DNA of 63,960 nucleotides, the filler included, from Dimorphilus gyrociliatus (Eukaryota; Animalia; Annelida): NCBI GenBank assembly GCA_904063045.1. It is 5 parts of 5 records of this genome, joined end to end, with 100 filler letters (N's around TTAATTAATTAA, not from the genome) between each part and the next. Parts side by side here need not be neighbours in the genome. Positions count along the whole stretch, not along the records: positions 1 to 26,070 come from CAJFCJ010000140.1; 4 more parts are not named here. One strand, written 5' to 3'. Each line of letters begins with the position of its first letter. The stretch's first letter is position 1. Below, one piece after another: positions 1 through 13,003 of the stretch. The notes beneath the pieces were generated by a model that saw only the letters and a list, made by a program, of their open reading frames with translations, had not been told where the DNA came from and did no database searches. A program made the translations under genes and the position numbers.

Positions 1-2376
1 CATAAAATTGATTGTCGTCATAAATTGGATGAGAATTACGAAATGTGTAAAGAAAGTTACATAACTATGGGTAATACTCTAGGAATTGATTTGAATGATT
101 TTTCATTGGAAAATTCATTGAAATGTCATCTTGCTTATAGTAGTATCGATAGTTTAAAAACAAAAATTCATTATCCCTATGCTTATATATCTGGATGCAA
201 TTTATCAAAATGTAAAGTTGGACAATTTTTATGCTATGGTGAAAATTTTTGTATTTCAATTGAACAGTATTGTGATAAGGTTAGACATTGTCCGTATGGA
301 GATGACGAATCGGATTGTGAAAATTTCAAACCAAAAGGTTTCTTTCGATGTAAAAATGAAAATGTTTATATTAAGTTAAATCAAGTCTGCAATGGTATTA
401 TTGATTGTTTATACAGTAGCGACGAAAGTCTATGTCATTCAATTAATCAGTTTAAATACACATATGAATTTTGTATTGAACAATACGGCTATAAATTGTC
501 TTGTTCCTATTCAACTCGAAATAAAAATGATGAATCTACCATTGAAATTACCAAATTACAATCCAATATTAAAAAACTATCCATAATCGGTAAAATTTTT
601 CAAATATCAAATATGGATTATTCAATAGATTTAATTTCAATTGTAATACAAATTAATGATATTAGAGTGTTTAATTTTAAAAAATATCCTAATTTAATAA
701 TTGCAATATTAAAAAATGTAAATCTTTGGAAAATTGATGGAAAACTTCATGGTAAAAATTCTCTTCAACATTTAGATATTTCAAACAATCCAATTAAAAA
801 TCTACATTTTCTTTTTGATTTGAAAATGAATTCTCTGAGAATTTTGGATATTTCGTATACAAATATTAAATCAATTTATTTGCATAAAAAATTCCATTTG
901 AATAGACTTTTAATATTCAAAATGACTAATTGTTTTATTGAATCAATAGATAATGAATTCTTTAAATTTCTACCGGAAGTATTGGAAATACATTTAAATA
1001 ATTCAATTTTAAAATTTGAACATATAAATTCCATGTTTAAACATGTTTATAAAATTAGGAAAGTTTTTAGTGATTACTATCATCTTTGCTGTTTGGTATG
1101 GAAAAGTTTTGAAAGTGATGTTTCCTGTAGGCCAGCACCAATTGGATTTCAATCCTGTTCGAATCTTTTAGGATCTCATCTACAAAAAACTTTATTCTGG
1201 TTTTATGCAACAATTGGATTTATTGGAAATTTATTAACAACTGCAATACTTATTAGAAAGAATATAAAGAAGAAAGAATTTCTTTGTTTGCAGACCACAC
1301 TCAGCATTGGAGATCTTCTCTTCTCAATCTATATGTTTATCATTCTACTAGCAGATATTTTCTATGGTAATGACTATATTAATTTTGACGATGTATGGAG
1401 AAATAGCGTTGGTTGTCAAGCAATAGGCGTTACTGCATTATTCTCAATTTGTATATCATCAATTAGTATCCTTCTGTTAACTATTGAAAGAACAGATATA
1501 ATTTTAAGTCATGGTATTCAATCAGCATTTTTCAGGAGGAAAATCTGTGTATTCCTTCCAATGGTATTATCTTCATTATGCATAGCAATAACACCAAATA
1601 TTCTCATTCAAGTTTGAATATAATTTTACCTTTTTTTTTATCTATTTTTACCTCAACTTTTAACTCAATATTTAGAAGTTTCATTCAAAAACCAGAATTT
1701 GTTTAAATGTTAACATTGAAAATAGAATGAGTGAAGGGTGGATCTTTTCATTTATCCTATTTGGAGTTATCTTCTTCATCTTCATTCTGATAATATTAAT
1801 TTGTTATATAAAGATATATTTATACGTGAAACAATCGGAAAAGCTGCTAGATAGTATGGGATTAAAGATAAAGGCAAAGACAAAACCAGGAAAAGCAATT
1901 ATAATAATTGTTGCTTCAAATATCATTTGCTGGGTTCCATTAACAATTTTAGGTAAATGCACCTATTCACCATTTTCCCTGTGATAGAATTATTTGCATC
2001 CCTATGTTCAAGGGAATACGATACGTTGCTCATTCTCTCTATTCCTTTAAGATAAATATCTATCCGACAGGTTTTATTTCATTGTTACTTCAATTAAAGA
2101 TAAATGAAAATGTTTATATTTTAATAATAATACTTTTCCTGCCAATAAATTCTATGGTTAATCCAACTATCTTTCTAATGAGAGAAATTTTTCGCATTGT
2201 ATCAGAATTTAAAAAGAAAAAGCAGGAAAAACTGTTTGTATTGGTGTTTTCTTTGTTACCTATTCCTCGTTTAATTCTTTAATTTTGTACTTGTTTGTAT
2301 TTGTAGAAAGAAGAGAATAGATTTAGAAATAAGCCGAGTGCATGAAAAGTGTAAGATTTTCAAAATGGATATTTAG
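1..2376 (+). CDS. LDLa-LRR-7TM receptor (LGR type C / GRL101-RXFP-like), 5'-partial, 4 exons visible
   Basis: Frame is open from base 1. LDLa repeats (C..CYGENFCISIEQYCDKVRHCPYGDDESDC), LRRs (LQHLDISNNPI, LRILDISYTNI), hinge YHLCC..SC.P..FQSCSNLL, TM1-4. GT-AG introns at ~1612-1675, 1953-2070 and ~2232-2307 join TM5-6 (SEGWIFSF..NIICWVP), TM7 (PINSMVNP) and a tail ending in TAG at 2376. Confidence 0.9.
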
Positions 2377-3325
2377 AATCTCTTTTGACAGTAAACTATG
2401 GAATTTTTTCAAGATAAAAAATACATGAATGTAATAGGAAAACGTTTCCTTGCCATCTTTTAATCCAAGATGTAGCTTTCAAATATCTCATTTCTTGGAC
2501 ATTTTTCATGAAAATTTTCTGTCAAAGAGTGGAAAATATCTATTTTCTTTGTTTAAAAGAGTTTATTTTTTTATTTTATTTTTTCATTTTAAGTTTTTCA
2601 ATACGTTTTTGGTTGTGAAAGAAATCAAATTATATATACTAGAAATAATTATTCCTTTCAAACAATTCAACTCAATGAAAACTTTTATAAGAAACAAGAA
2701 TATTTCTATCTATTGAGAGAAATCATAAAATCATTGAATTATATACATTCCAATTCACTTTGCTTGAATGAGTCTATTGACTTGAAGAATATTGTATACG
2801 ATGTAATAATAATATTTAGGGGCATGTAATAAATATAAGTATATTCTATGTTTTCTTATAGTCTCTCACTAAGAGATATTTTCTTAAAATAATTCAAATG
2901 AATTTTGGAAACAACGCATATTTTAAAAATGATATTAGAGAATATGGAATATTTGTCAGAAAAATTCTCCAAAAGAAAAATGTGTTCATAATAAAGTATT
3001 AAAAATACTCAAGAAAATGCTATTCAATTTTTGTTCTTCTATCTATTACGCAGCTATTTCATATTCAATATCATTCAATGACTTGAATAAATATAAACTG
3101 TAAACAGATCTAAGAATGAATGCTTTAACACCATCCCAACTCAGTTCTTGTTTCTGCCTAACCCTTAGATAAGACAGATCACGTATTCTACCAGTTTATT
3201 TAATGAAATGTCAGGAATTCAGTAGTATTAGTTTTACTTTAAAAACATCATAATACATTGTTATTTTCAAAAACGCAAGTATCAGTCATCGAAGAAACAT
3301 AACGGACTGTCATCTACCCAATACT

Positions 3326-3457
3326 TTTACTGTGTCGCATTGTAAATGTAGGAATTTCCGGTTTGCATAACTGTGTTCATCCTTTCCAATCATTTACCGA
3401 TTTGCCAAAGTACTTTTCGAAATAGAAACTCAATTTCGTTCATAGATTACAGTCTTT
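3326..3457 (-). repeat. Dispersed repeat family A, degenerate copy
   Basis: Aligns to the terminal ~130 bp of family A (tgtaggaatttc..cctttccaatcatttacc..ccaaagtact); 1-nt indel within the MIGK frame. Confidence 0.7.
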
Positions 3458-4952
3458 AGTATTATTTCTGTTCTAAATGATACTAATGTAATAAAAATAT
3501 GAAGAAATGTTTAAATTGAATGTTTAATATCTTAAAAAAGGACAAAAAATAGTACGCCAAAAATGTCCATATAACCTTACTTAACTAGTTTGCCTTTGTT
3601 TTTTTTGGTTAAATTTTGGTTTTAGAATAATTTCAGCTATAAATATCTGATCCCCTGTTTACGCAACCTTTTGCTTTATTATCAATCATGCAAAGGCAAT
3701 TCGCATTTTTCCGGTCTCTATAAGTTACCTTGGCTCTCAGTTGATCATTAGTTTTTCCATCTTACAATCTTTCTTTTAAAGTTTGTTTCATCATCTTTAC
3801 TTATGATATACTTTATGAATATTAAATCCGCTTTGATTTATACTCTGCAAGATGTGTTCTATGCTCTTGATTGAAGTAAATAAAATATCTCTAGAAAATT
3901 TCCACCAGATGTGTCTGCTAGTTCAATAAACAGATAATCTGCTAAAGGTGATAAGTGAGAACTGCACAAAGGATGATCGGATGTTAGATGCTAGCTAAAT
4001 GGTGAATAAACTATTCAAGTTTCCATCAACAATCTGAAAATATCATGTAGCAACACTATCACTGAGGAAGAAAGATTCTACCCTAAATGCTAGTTTGGCA
4101 AATCAAACTACTATAAACTATGTTTACTGACAATGAACTTTGATACAATTACTTGGTTAAATATTGTCTTTTGAATGAAGGCTTTATATTAAACATTGAA
4201 TCAATACTATTTTAAGTCTTAAATTCATAATTAATATATTTGTAATATTATAAAATTTTGACAATTTGTGTTTTACACATTCAAACTCTTTGATCAGGAT
4301 TTTTCAGGATTTTTCGAATAAAAATTCCAAGAGAGAAAATATCAGCCATCTCTTTTTCTTTATCAAGTATATTATAAGTTTCAGGCAAAAGTGTATAACC
4401 ATGTTTGATATCTTTCTATATAATTTAAAATAATATCAATATTTTCATTTTGTTTTTCATGAAAATCACCTGAATGAAAATGATTTCTTCAATATTTTTG
4501 CAATCAATGCTGACGAAATTTGAATGAAAAGTTTTTAAATCGTAACATATTTCTTTAATACAAAAAAATATGCAAATTTTTTATAGCTATTTTTGGCAAA
4601 GACATATTTTTCAAGACATTTTACTTGTAAAATTCTATTGAAAGCTTTTGAAAAATATTGTTCTTTTTCTGTTGAAAAAAAAATATTGAAATAGTTGAAT
4701 TATGTAAATATTTAACAAATTTATTAATATATTATAATACAAACTATTATCCAATTGTCTTTTCTCTTTTTCTGCAATCAATTTTCTATAAGAGAATAAA
4801 TGGAAACTATCAGCAAGAGTTTAATTTGTATCTCTAGATGCTCATCTAGATTCTACACTCGAATTCGCCTAAAAACGCCTTTATATCTCTATATAAAGAT
4901 ATGGTTTTTTTAATACTATACAGTACACTATTTCATCAATTTGGTGTATGAA

Positions 4953-5430
4953 TCAAGTTTTAAACTGTAAAAAAGAGAGAAGAGTGTATAACCTGAACTT
5001 GGAGAGTGTAAATGTTTTTTTGAAGTCGTCCATTGAATAAATATATGGATTAATCATTGAATTTAATGGCACAATCAAAGAAATTATAACTGTATATATA
5101 TCATTACTAAAATCAACTTGAATAAATATTGACAATATTGCTATAAACAAAGAAAAAAGTAAAAAATTAACTGTCAGTCTCTTGTTGCCTTTTTTCTATT
5201 TACCAAGAAAAGAAACTGGAGCCCAACAAACAACATTTGATATTGACACAAAATATACTTTTTTTGATAGAACTATGTCATTTGCATTCTTTTTTACAAT
5301 ACTTTTCATATTTCGTGCTCTTATTAGTAGAAATATTCAAAGATAAATTATCAATACAATCATACTGAGTAAGAATATTAAAACACCAAAGACGATAAAT
5401 GAATAAATTGATCCTTCACTAAATCCGCTA
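4953..5430 (-). pseudogene. 3' fragment (TM5-TM7) of an LGR-type GPCR
   Basis: Reverse strand reads GFSEGSIYSFIVFGVLIF..IYL*IFLLIR..SNVVCWAPVSFLG, then an intron, then AILSIF..PLNSMINPYIYS. Same exon layout as the gene at 1-2376, with an in-frame TGA. No LDLa/LRR/TM1-4 upstream. Confidence 0.8.
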
Positions 5431-5668
5431 TACAAATCGAAAAAGTATAGAGTAGTGTTAATAGGTCACTTAATATTAATAAAGATATGAAACATTTTAG
5501 AGATTTTTTCAGTTAAAATATTTATACAAATCCAACTCCATCGTACTCTTCATCCTATTTTGATTATATAAAAAACTCATTAAAATCGTAAATATAATAG
5601 TTTTAATGTGTATTTTCCTTCTAACCTTAACCCTATCTATCTGGGAAAGTATAGAAAAAACATTTTAC

Positions 5669-5984
5669 GTGAACTTATTGTGGTTACAAACAGTAACTGA
5701 TGGAAATTCAAGGGTCTTTGAATGGATTACTTCAATATTTATTGTAACATCTTTTTTCCCATAATCCAATCCCCTTTTTACGACTTGAAAACAGAATAGA
5801 AAAATTGCTCCAAATACAATTAACATCCAACTAATACGCCTTAGTAGAGATGTTTCTGTTGCAAAAATGTTTTTAATGCCATGAAATGTTGTTTCATTAG
5901 AGAAACTTGACCACGTTTTTATATATCTTTAATCTCCGGATTGATGCTCTTCTTGGCAGTTTCCTTATCATTTTTAAAATCCAT
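5669..5984 (-). pseudogene. Orphan first exon of a DEG/ENaC (amiloride-sensitive channel) gene, frameshifted
   Basis: Manual translation: MDFKNDKETAKKSINPEIKDI, 1-nt frameshift, then KTWSSFSNETTFHGIKNIF..RRISWMLIVFGAIFLFCFQV..DVTINIEVIHSKTLEFPSVTVCNHNKF, then a GT donor. The HG motif, TM1 and FPxVTVCN are DEG/ENaC hallmarks. Not in the ORF track. Confidence 0.85.
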
Positions 5985-6234
5985 ATTCTTTTATGATAAA
6001 AACTATAACAAGACTAAAAAGATAAATTGCAAACTAATTTATATAAATAATTCATACACATTCATTATTCAAATTTTATTTTTTTTCTCTCTGTTAAATC
6101 ATCAAACTTTTAATAATTTCTGTTGAAAAAGTCGCATAATTTATTTAAATAATTTCCTATATATCTTTTGTTTAGCTGAGTGTATTTGCTGTAAACTGGT
6201 GATTAGGGAGAGACACAACTCATCAATATGTATT

Positions 6235-6263
6235 TATATATATATATATATATATGTATATAT
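6235..6263. repeat. (TA)n microsatellite
   Basis: Direct reading; a second (TA)n run lies at ~6972-6998. Confidence 0.9.
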
Positions 6264-6284
6264 AAGCTAAAAGCCTCTATAAAT

Positions 6285-6608
6285 GCATTAACAATGACCC
6301 AACATTGATATTATATTTTTGAACAAAAAAACATATATACAATACCAGCCATTAGGCATTGTTAGACTTTGAAAAAAATATATTTTTTGCCAACTAACAG
6401 CCCAGACCTCAATATTATTCAGCTAATGTGGAACATATATAAGAAGCAAACAATGATAAGTGAGACAAGAAATAAGGATGAGCTATGGGAGGTGTTCAGA
6501 TATGAATTTTTTGAAATTTTAATATTTGAAAGTCAGTCTTTATATCTTACAATAGAAAGAAGCCTTAGAGCAGTTATAGAAGCTAGGGGCAAGCACACAA
6601 AATACTAA
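6285..6608 (+). mobile_element. Tc1/mariner transposase C-terminal remnant
   Basis: PTNSPDLNIIQLMW (SPDLNPIE motif) and the terminal AVIEARGKHTKY* typical of Tc1; upstream part is degenerate. Confidence 0.85.
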
Positions 6609-6663
6609 GACATTACATACATAATACCCTATCAAATAAAGTTAAAATAACATAAAATTATAA

Positions 6664-6869
6664 GGGACCGGTCGAAAACGGCCATAAATGAAATATTTGA
6701 AGGTCAGATTTCAGGCTGGGAAATGGTTAGGAGAATAGGATAGCTATTGATACGTACTTAGGAGGGTCCTATCTAAGGGTTAGTGGCATTGAAAAAGTTT
6801 AGGCAAAAACAAGGGCTAGGTTAGGGTTACGGTAAAACCATAGATTTATGGCCGTTTTCTACCATATCC
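6664..6869. mobile_element. 206-bp Mutator-type MITE (family M1) with 9-bp TSD
   Basis: TIRs gggaccggtcgaaaacggccataaat / atttatggccgttttctaccatatcc. Direct repeat aaattataa at 6655-6663 and 6870-6878. Confidence 0.85.
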
Positions 6870-7432
6870 AAATTATAATTCTAATAGTTTTTAGATGAAA
6901 TTGTGTGATTGTAATAACTAATTACGCTCCCATTGAAAATAGGCCTACCACAATAAAACATTAATATTTCAGATATATATATATATATATATATTTATAT
7001 TTTCACTCCATAATGATAAGAATATTATTAAGTATATTAAATATAGATATATAAGATATATAAACACTGACAACTTGAACTTCCATCAAATAGGTGGAGC
7101 CACCATATTGTACAATTTACTTACACAATAGAAAAAATGGTTTCAAATTTTCAATAGGCCTTATCTAACCTAACCTTAATGATAAAATATTATCTAGATG
7201 GCTATGGAATGAAAGCTTTAAACTTTCATAGATCGAATATAGGAAGAATGACAGCTCTTGAAGAGAATATGAAAGATATAGGTTTGCTTAGTGCAAGAGA
7301 AGGAATAGCTTTTATTTCAAATGTTTACACTTGGTTCAGTTATGCCATACTGTTTATCAGTACAGGACTAAAAAGATTAATGATAAGATAGCTAGATCGA
7401 TTGATAATGAATAAAGTTTATCAGTAGCCTAG

Positions 7433-9202
7433 TTGATGATGAATATGACACTAAAACAAACTGTATTTTTATCATTTTGCTCCATATTCATTATTGTTTG
7501 TTCAAGCAATTCAAGAGGATTAACAAATGAGCAAGTTGCTAGAAAAATAGATGAATATGTTGGTGGTCTTGTAAAATGTAGAAAATTTACAGGAGCCAAC
7601 TTAGCAGTTGTTAGAAATGGAAGTATCATCTTGACTAAAGGTTATGGTTTGGCTAATATAAGGAGGAATGAGTCTGTTACACCAAATACCAAATTTCCCA
7701 TTGCTTCCATTACTAAAAGTTTTACTGGACATTTAGCAATGAAATTACTAAAGGAAAAGCAGTAAAAAACAAAAAAAGACTAAAAGTCAGAGTATAATCT
7801 TTAAGTTTATCACCTTTCTTTCAGATTGAGTATTGACACAAAAGTTAAAGATTTCTGGCCAGGATTTACAGCATGGTCTGGATATAGATACAATGATTTC
7901 ACATTGAGAGACTTTATTGCACACAAAACTGGTTTATATAGACACGATTTCATATGGGTTCTAGCTGGACAGGAAAAAGCAAGTCTTATCAATAAACTTC
8001 GATTTTTAAAACCACACGAGTCACCAAGATTACGACTGCAATATAACAATTTATTTTTTTCATTGGCTGGAAAGGTTATTGAAGAAATTGCCAACAATGG
8101 AAAAGATTGGGAAAACCTAATAGAAGAAAATTTCTTTAATCCTTTAGAAATGGATAATTCTGGTTTCTATGACAGACAAGAAAACTATAACGGATTTGCT
8201 TCGCCATACATTTCTTCTTCAGATGAAAGTCAAGGAAATTTAACTGAATTTCCTGCCGATACTTGGAAGTTTGTATTTTTAAATAAACATTAATGATTTA
8301 AATTCCTAATTTCATTTTACAGAAATATTGGTATAGTTGGATCAGCTGGATCTATAGTCTCTACTGCCAATGATATGGCCAAATGGTTAGCAATGATTCT
8401 GAACAAAGGTGTTGCCTTGAATGGTCAACGTGTATTGCCTAAAGAAGTTATTGAACGTGTGTTTGCCAGCGAGATATTTTTTCAGGATGCTGTACCTATA
8501 GCTTTGGGTAATAAACCAGAATTTGGTAGAAGAACAAGCTATGGCTTAGGCTATTGGAACGGATATCAATCTGGTGTTCAATACCATCATCATTCAGGGG
8601 AGTTGCCCGGTTTTCATTCAACTCATACTCTAATAAGATCTTTGAAATCTGGCTTTTATTTTTCAACAAACCACGGAAGACAAGCACTAGAACGTTCAGT
8701 TTTGGAAAATTCTATTAATGATATCTTGTTAGGGAGAGAACCAACAATTTCTTTACAAGAGGCTTGTAACTCTGAACTTTCAAATGTTGATGATCCAGAT
8801 ACAGCATTTTTTAAAGTTAGACACAATATCCCAAAATATTCTGAATTGATAGAAAAACAAAGAAAAAATATCAGAAATATAACAAAGTATACTGGTAGAT
8901 ATGAAAATTGGGCCTATGGAACAATTAATGTTAAAAGTACTGGGGGAGCTTTATTTCAATTAGCTTTAGATTATGGAAAAATTGGAAGATTTAACTTGTT
9001 ATTCTTAGAAGATGATACGTATGTTGGAATATCCAAACCCGGACCAGGAGCAGCAATTTCCAATATCATTTTTCATTTTAAAGAAGAAGAAAATGATAAA
9101 ATGAAAAAAATAATAGCATCATTTGAACCAAGGGATCCACCGGTATTTGAAAGAGGTTTAGGTCCAGAACCACCAGTTGATCATGATAAATGTGTTGATT
9201 AA
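7433..9202 (+). CDS. Secreted beta-lactamase-family (serine hydrolase/PBP-like) protein with DUF3471-like C-terminus, ~550 aa, 3 exons
   Basis: Exons 7433-7761, 7825-8268 and 8323-9202 splice in frame. Signal peptide, SxxK (FPIASITK), YxN (LQYNN), AGSIVSTANDMAKW, HSG (HHSGELPGF), C-terminal YTGRYENWAYG. Confidence 0.9.
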
Positions 9203-9306
9203 ATATTTTTGCTAAAGAAATATGCACTTTTGCATTTAGACGCTTTTGTAATAAACGGAGTATAGAGCTAGATGGAAGAGCAATGAATGTTTACAGAGTT
9301 TTTTGT

Positions 9307-9456
9307 GGGGGCTGTTGAAAACGCCCATTTTGCAGTTATTTTGGGATGAGATTTTGGGTTTGGAAAGGGTTAGGAAAAATATTCCAACGATTGATTTGTA
9401 ATTAGGTGGGTCCAAACTAAGGGTTAGGAACAATGAAGGGTTAGGGTTAGTCGTTT
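9307..9456. mobile_element. Mutator-type MITE family M2, internally deleted copy
   Basis: Begins gggggctgttgaaaacgcccatttt and matches the copies at 50927 and 60841. Confidence 0.75.
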
Positions 9457-9934
9457 TCTTCTAATTAGCGTTGGTATAAGTACAGGTCCAAATGTAATTG
9501 GGTTATGAGTGAGCTACTTTGTAAATGTACATTTAATGATAAACAAATGTAGTACTAAGTTTGTGTAAAGTAAAATAACTATCCAGGGTTTATCTTTTAT
9601 CCTGCCATGATTACGATCAATCATCTTGTTCATAATTTTATAATTTGACTAGCCTTTAAAAAGCGCTTAAGAGAACAGAGTTTAATATCTAATCGTGCTC
9701 TCTAATTAATCTTATCATCTATGTAAAAGATTGTTTATCATATATAAAATATCTATAGTCTAACATTTTTAATTATAAATCTTTCACTGAAATGTAAGAG
9801 AAATTTTTATTTTTTATTTAAAAAATGAATATTTTATTAAAAATTCCTCTCTTTGGTAAGATTCTTTGCTTCTTTTTCTTCTTTTACTAGTTTTCTCATC
9901 TTTGTTTATTTGTTTACTATATTTTATTAAATAG

Positions 9935-11606
9935 GAATTATAATTACTGTTTTGAACGGAAGACAATTTCAAGGCCCAGTAGATGGCAATCTGATACCAA
10001 TGAATGGTACCTTTCCGGATCCTATTTATTGTAATATTTACCATCATTGTGTTAATGGAAATATCTTCCCACAACAATGTCCTCCTGGCATATTATTTAC
10101 AATTAAGTCAAAAATTTCAGATATTCTATGAGCATTCAAATTAAAAGTGAATTTAAATACGATCGTAATTTTTGATGAAATATTTCCTAATCCAAAAGAC
10201 TGTCAACAATATTATCAATGTGTAGGTGGACTTTCCTGGATACAAGAATGTTCTTCCAAAACAGTTACATTTAAGTATGTGTTCCATCGTCACAAACAAT
10301 TTGCCCTATGGAGGCTGGGCAGAGTGGGCAGCATTTGGAGATTGTTTACCATTATGTGGAAATGGACAAAAAGTAAGAACTAAAAAATGTAACAATCCTC
10401 CACCATCCAATGGAGGTGTTGGATGTGAAGGAAACACTGAAGATGCTGTGGAATGTAATCAAGCAGATTGTCAGGCATCGAATCATGCTGTTTTTGTTGG
10501 TAATAAAACAAGTAGAGAATCATTTGACAAACACCAATTTGATAAGGTTGTGATAAACAATGAAAACCTATTTGATTCTTCAAATTCAAGTATAACTGAA
10601 ACTAAACCTGGGATATATTTTACTGCTTTTGTCATAACTATCAAATCATCTTATAGAGGAATAGGAAGAAAACAACCTTATCACACCGAAATTCAGACAA
10701 TAGAAGATTATGCTGGGGAATCAAATGATCAAATCATGTCATTCCAGAACTGCAACACAAACATTTCGCTGGACATATTCACGTACTTTAATTTATGGAA
10801 GTGAAGATTGTCTGGAAACTTCTTGGTTGGGATTTCAATATGATACAAATCAGGTCTCATCTGAATTGAGAGATTCACCATTTTCGATGAGAAATTTTCT
10901 ACCATTCACTGAATTTTTGATTCAAGAGGGAATAACTGGAATAAGTAATTTTTCAACAAGTACACCACGATACTAATATATAAGTTTCCATTATGCTCTT
11001 ACACATGCTTGTGATATAAGTTTAATGAAGAATGGTGCCATTGTACCTCACATGCAAATGATTGTAGATGGTACTCAGGAAAATAAACTGATGAAATCAA
11101 AATCAGCTATTATTGAATTTGCTGCTGAAGATAAATTTAGCATCTATAGGAGAGGAGGAGCATTGTTTGCTGATTCTGGTAGACAGATAGGACTGATTGC
11201 TTTAAAATTGAATGGAACTAGTGGTTCTCTTTTAGCATCAATTGAAAAAACAACAGAATTAAACTCACTAATATTGAGTACTATGAGGTTTGACAATGTT
11301 CTTCTCAATGTTGGAAATGGATGAAATCGTCATGTAAACAGCTATGAATGTTTTGTACCAGGTATTTACATGGTTTCATTAACAATTGGATCGAAATCAT
11401 CAAGTCACTTTGTCATTGAAATTACTGTCAATAACAAAATTCAAGGACGTATGTTGAATTTTCATAGGATCAATATTAATAATTTCTTTTCAAGGTCAAT
11501 GCTGGTTAAAATGAAAGAATATGACATGCTTAGAATATAAGGCAGAGGTTTTTTTGGAATAAAATCAGCTAGCACTCTATTAAATATTTTCTATGTGTCA
11601 AGTTGA
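9935..11606 (+). pseudogene. Decayed chitin-binding (CBM14 x2) - TSP1 - multiple C1q-like domain gene
   Basis: NGTFPDPIYCNIYHHCVNG..CPPG and FPNPKDCQQYYQCVGG (peritrophin-A); GGWAEW..C..CGNGQKVRTKKCNNPPPSNGGVGC (TSP1); FDKVVINN..PGIYF and FDNVLLNVGNG*..CFVPGIYMVS (C1q). Domains lie in different frames with internal stops. Confidence 0.7.
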
Positions 11607-13003
11607 ATAAATTTCAAATTTTGATATCAAATTTTGTTGTTAATTGGATCTGAACTAACATAATCAGTCTTAGTTTGATAGACATTGATATTGTTCACAT
11701 CAATGTATCAATACAGCAAATATTCATTGTGTAAAAAAGATTTCCTTTAACTTAAAAACTATTGGTTCAACAGACCTATGTTTTATAAACCTAATAGTGT
11801 ATATATTTACTTTGTCGTATTGAAATTATAGGACTAAAAAGAAATAATAGAACAAATAAACAAAAAAAGCTTTGTTAATAAATTCTTTCAATGTTTTGTA
11901 TTTCAAAATCACTATTAACTTTGTTGTATGAATTTTTTAACAAGATAACCAAATGCTTGAATATCGCTCGCCATATTATCGCCATTTGCAATTACAAAGT
12001 TATTTCTTGATAAAATATACTTTTTGCTTTTTTTTATAGTCTTTTAAAATGAGATTCGAATTTTCTAATTAGCACTCTGTTTTATTGTTTACTACTTACA
12101 AAAATATTGATTGTTTCATGATTCATCAATCCATCACATGACATACCACATTTGTGACTTATTTCCAATGAAGTTATAATGTCTTTAAGAATACTATAAA
12201 CACTTAAAACTTTGGATAATCCAGTTAAATTCTTTAAATCATTCATACAATAAACATGTTTATTTATTCTTAAAAAATTGTCATGTAATTTCAAAAAGTT
12301 AAAAACTAAAAAAAGAATCAAAAAACAATAAGATATGCTTGGTTTTCAAAGATATTTTATATATTATGGAGTTTTTAGAGAAAATGTTCAAATTTGTTAA
12401 ATAAGAGACTTTCAGTTTTCTCTCTTTCTATTTAAAAAAGATTAAAAAGGGTTATGAAAATTAATTTTGAACAATTGACACACTTTCTCCGAATTAAAAC
12501 TAGACTTTAAATTAATTTCTATTACATTTTAAGAATTTCAAATTTCTTAATTGCGAAATTTTTCTTTGTCTAGAAATGAAAAGTATTTTGATAAAAATAA
12601 AGTTTTAAATGAAAAGTAAATATGAACTTGAAGAAAATATATCTTGTTTATCAATACAAAGGCTTTTATCAAAAAATTACTGAGTATCTATACTCTAAAC
12701 TAATAGAAGAAAATGGAAAAAAGTGGGACAAATCGACACATTTTTTGAAGCCCTAAGACAAACCCAACAATTAACAAGGTTTTTTTCCATTTTGTATTTC
12801 CTAAACTTCAGTTCAGCACTACATGAACTGAAAAATATTACAATTGAAATTTTCTTAACCATATAAATGCTCCCAAAACTGATCATCAACTAGACTACTG
12901 GGATGTTTTCTCCCAACCCCAAGAAAATGGGTTCTGATAATCATCTTAAAAAATATGGATATATTTTCTTTTGATTAAGAATAGAGAATAAATTCCAATT
13001 ACA

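Noticed and set aside
7433-9202. Bacterial contamination
   Set aside because: Two GT-AG introns restore the frame, and the flanks carry the same MITEs as other contigs.
12082-12889. Split RING finger (CWVC..CP / HVYC)
   Set aside because: I could not join the pieces into a spliced frame with complete Cys/His spacing.
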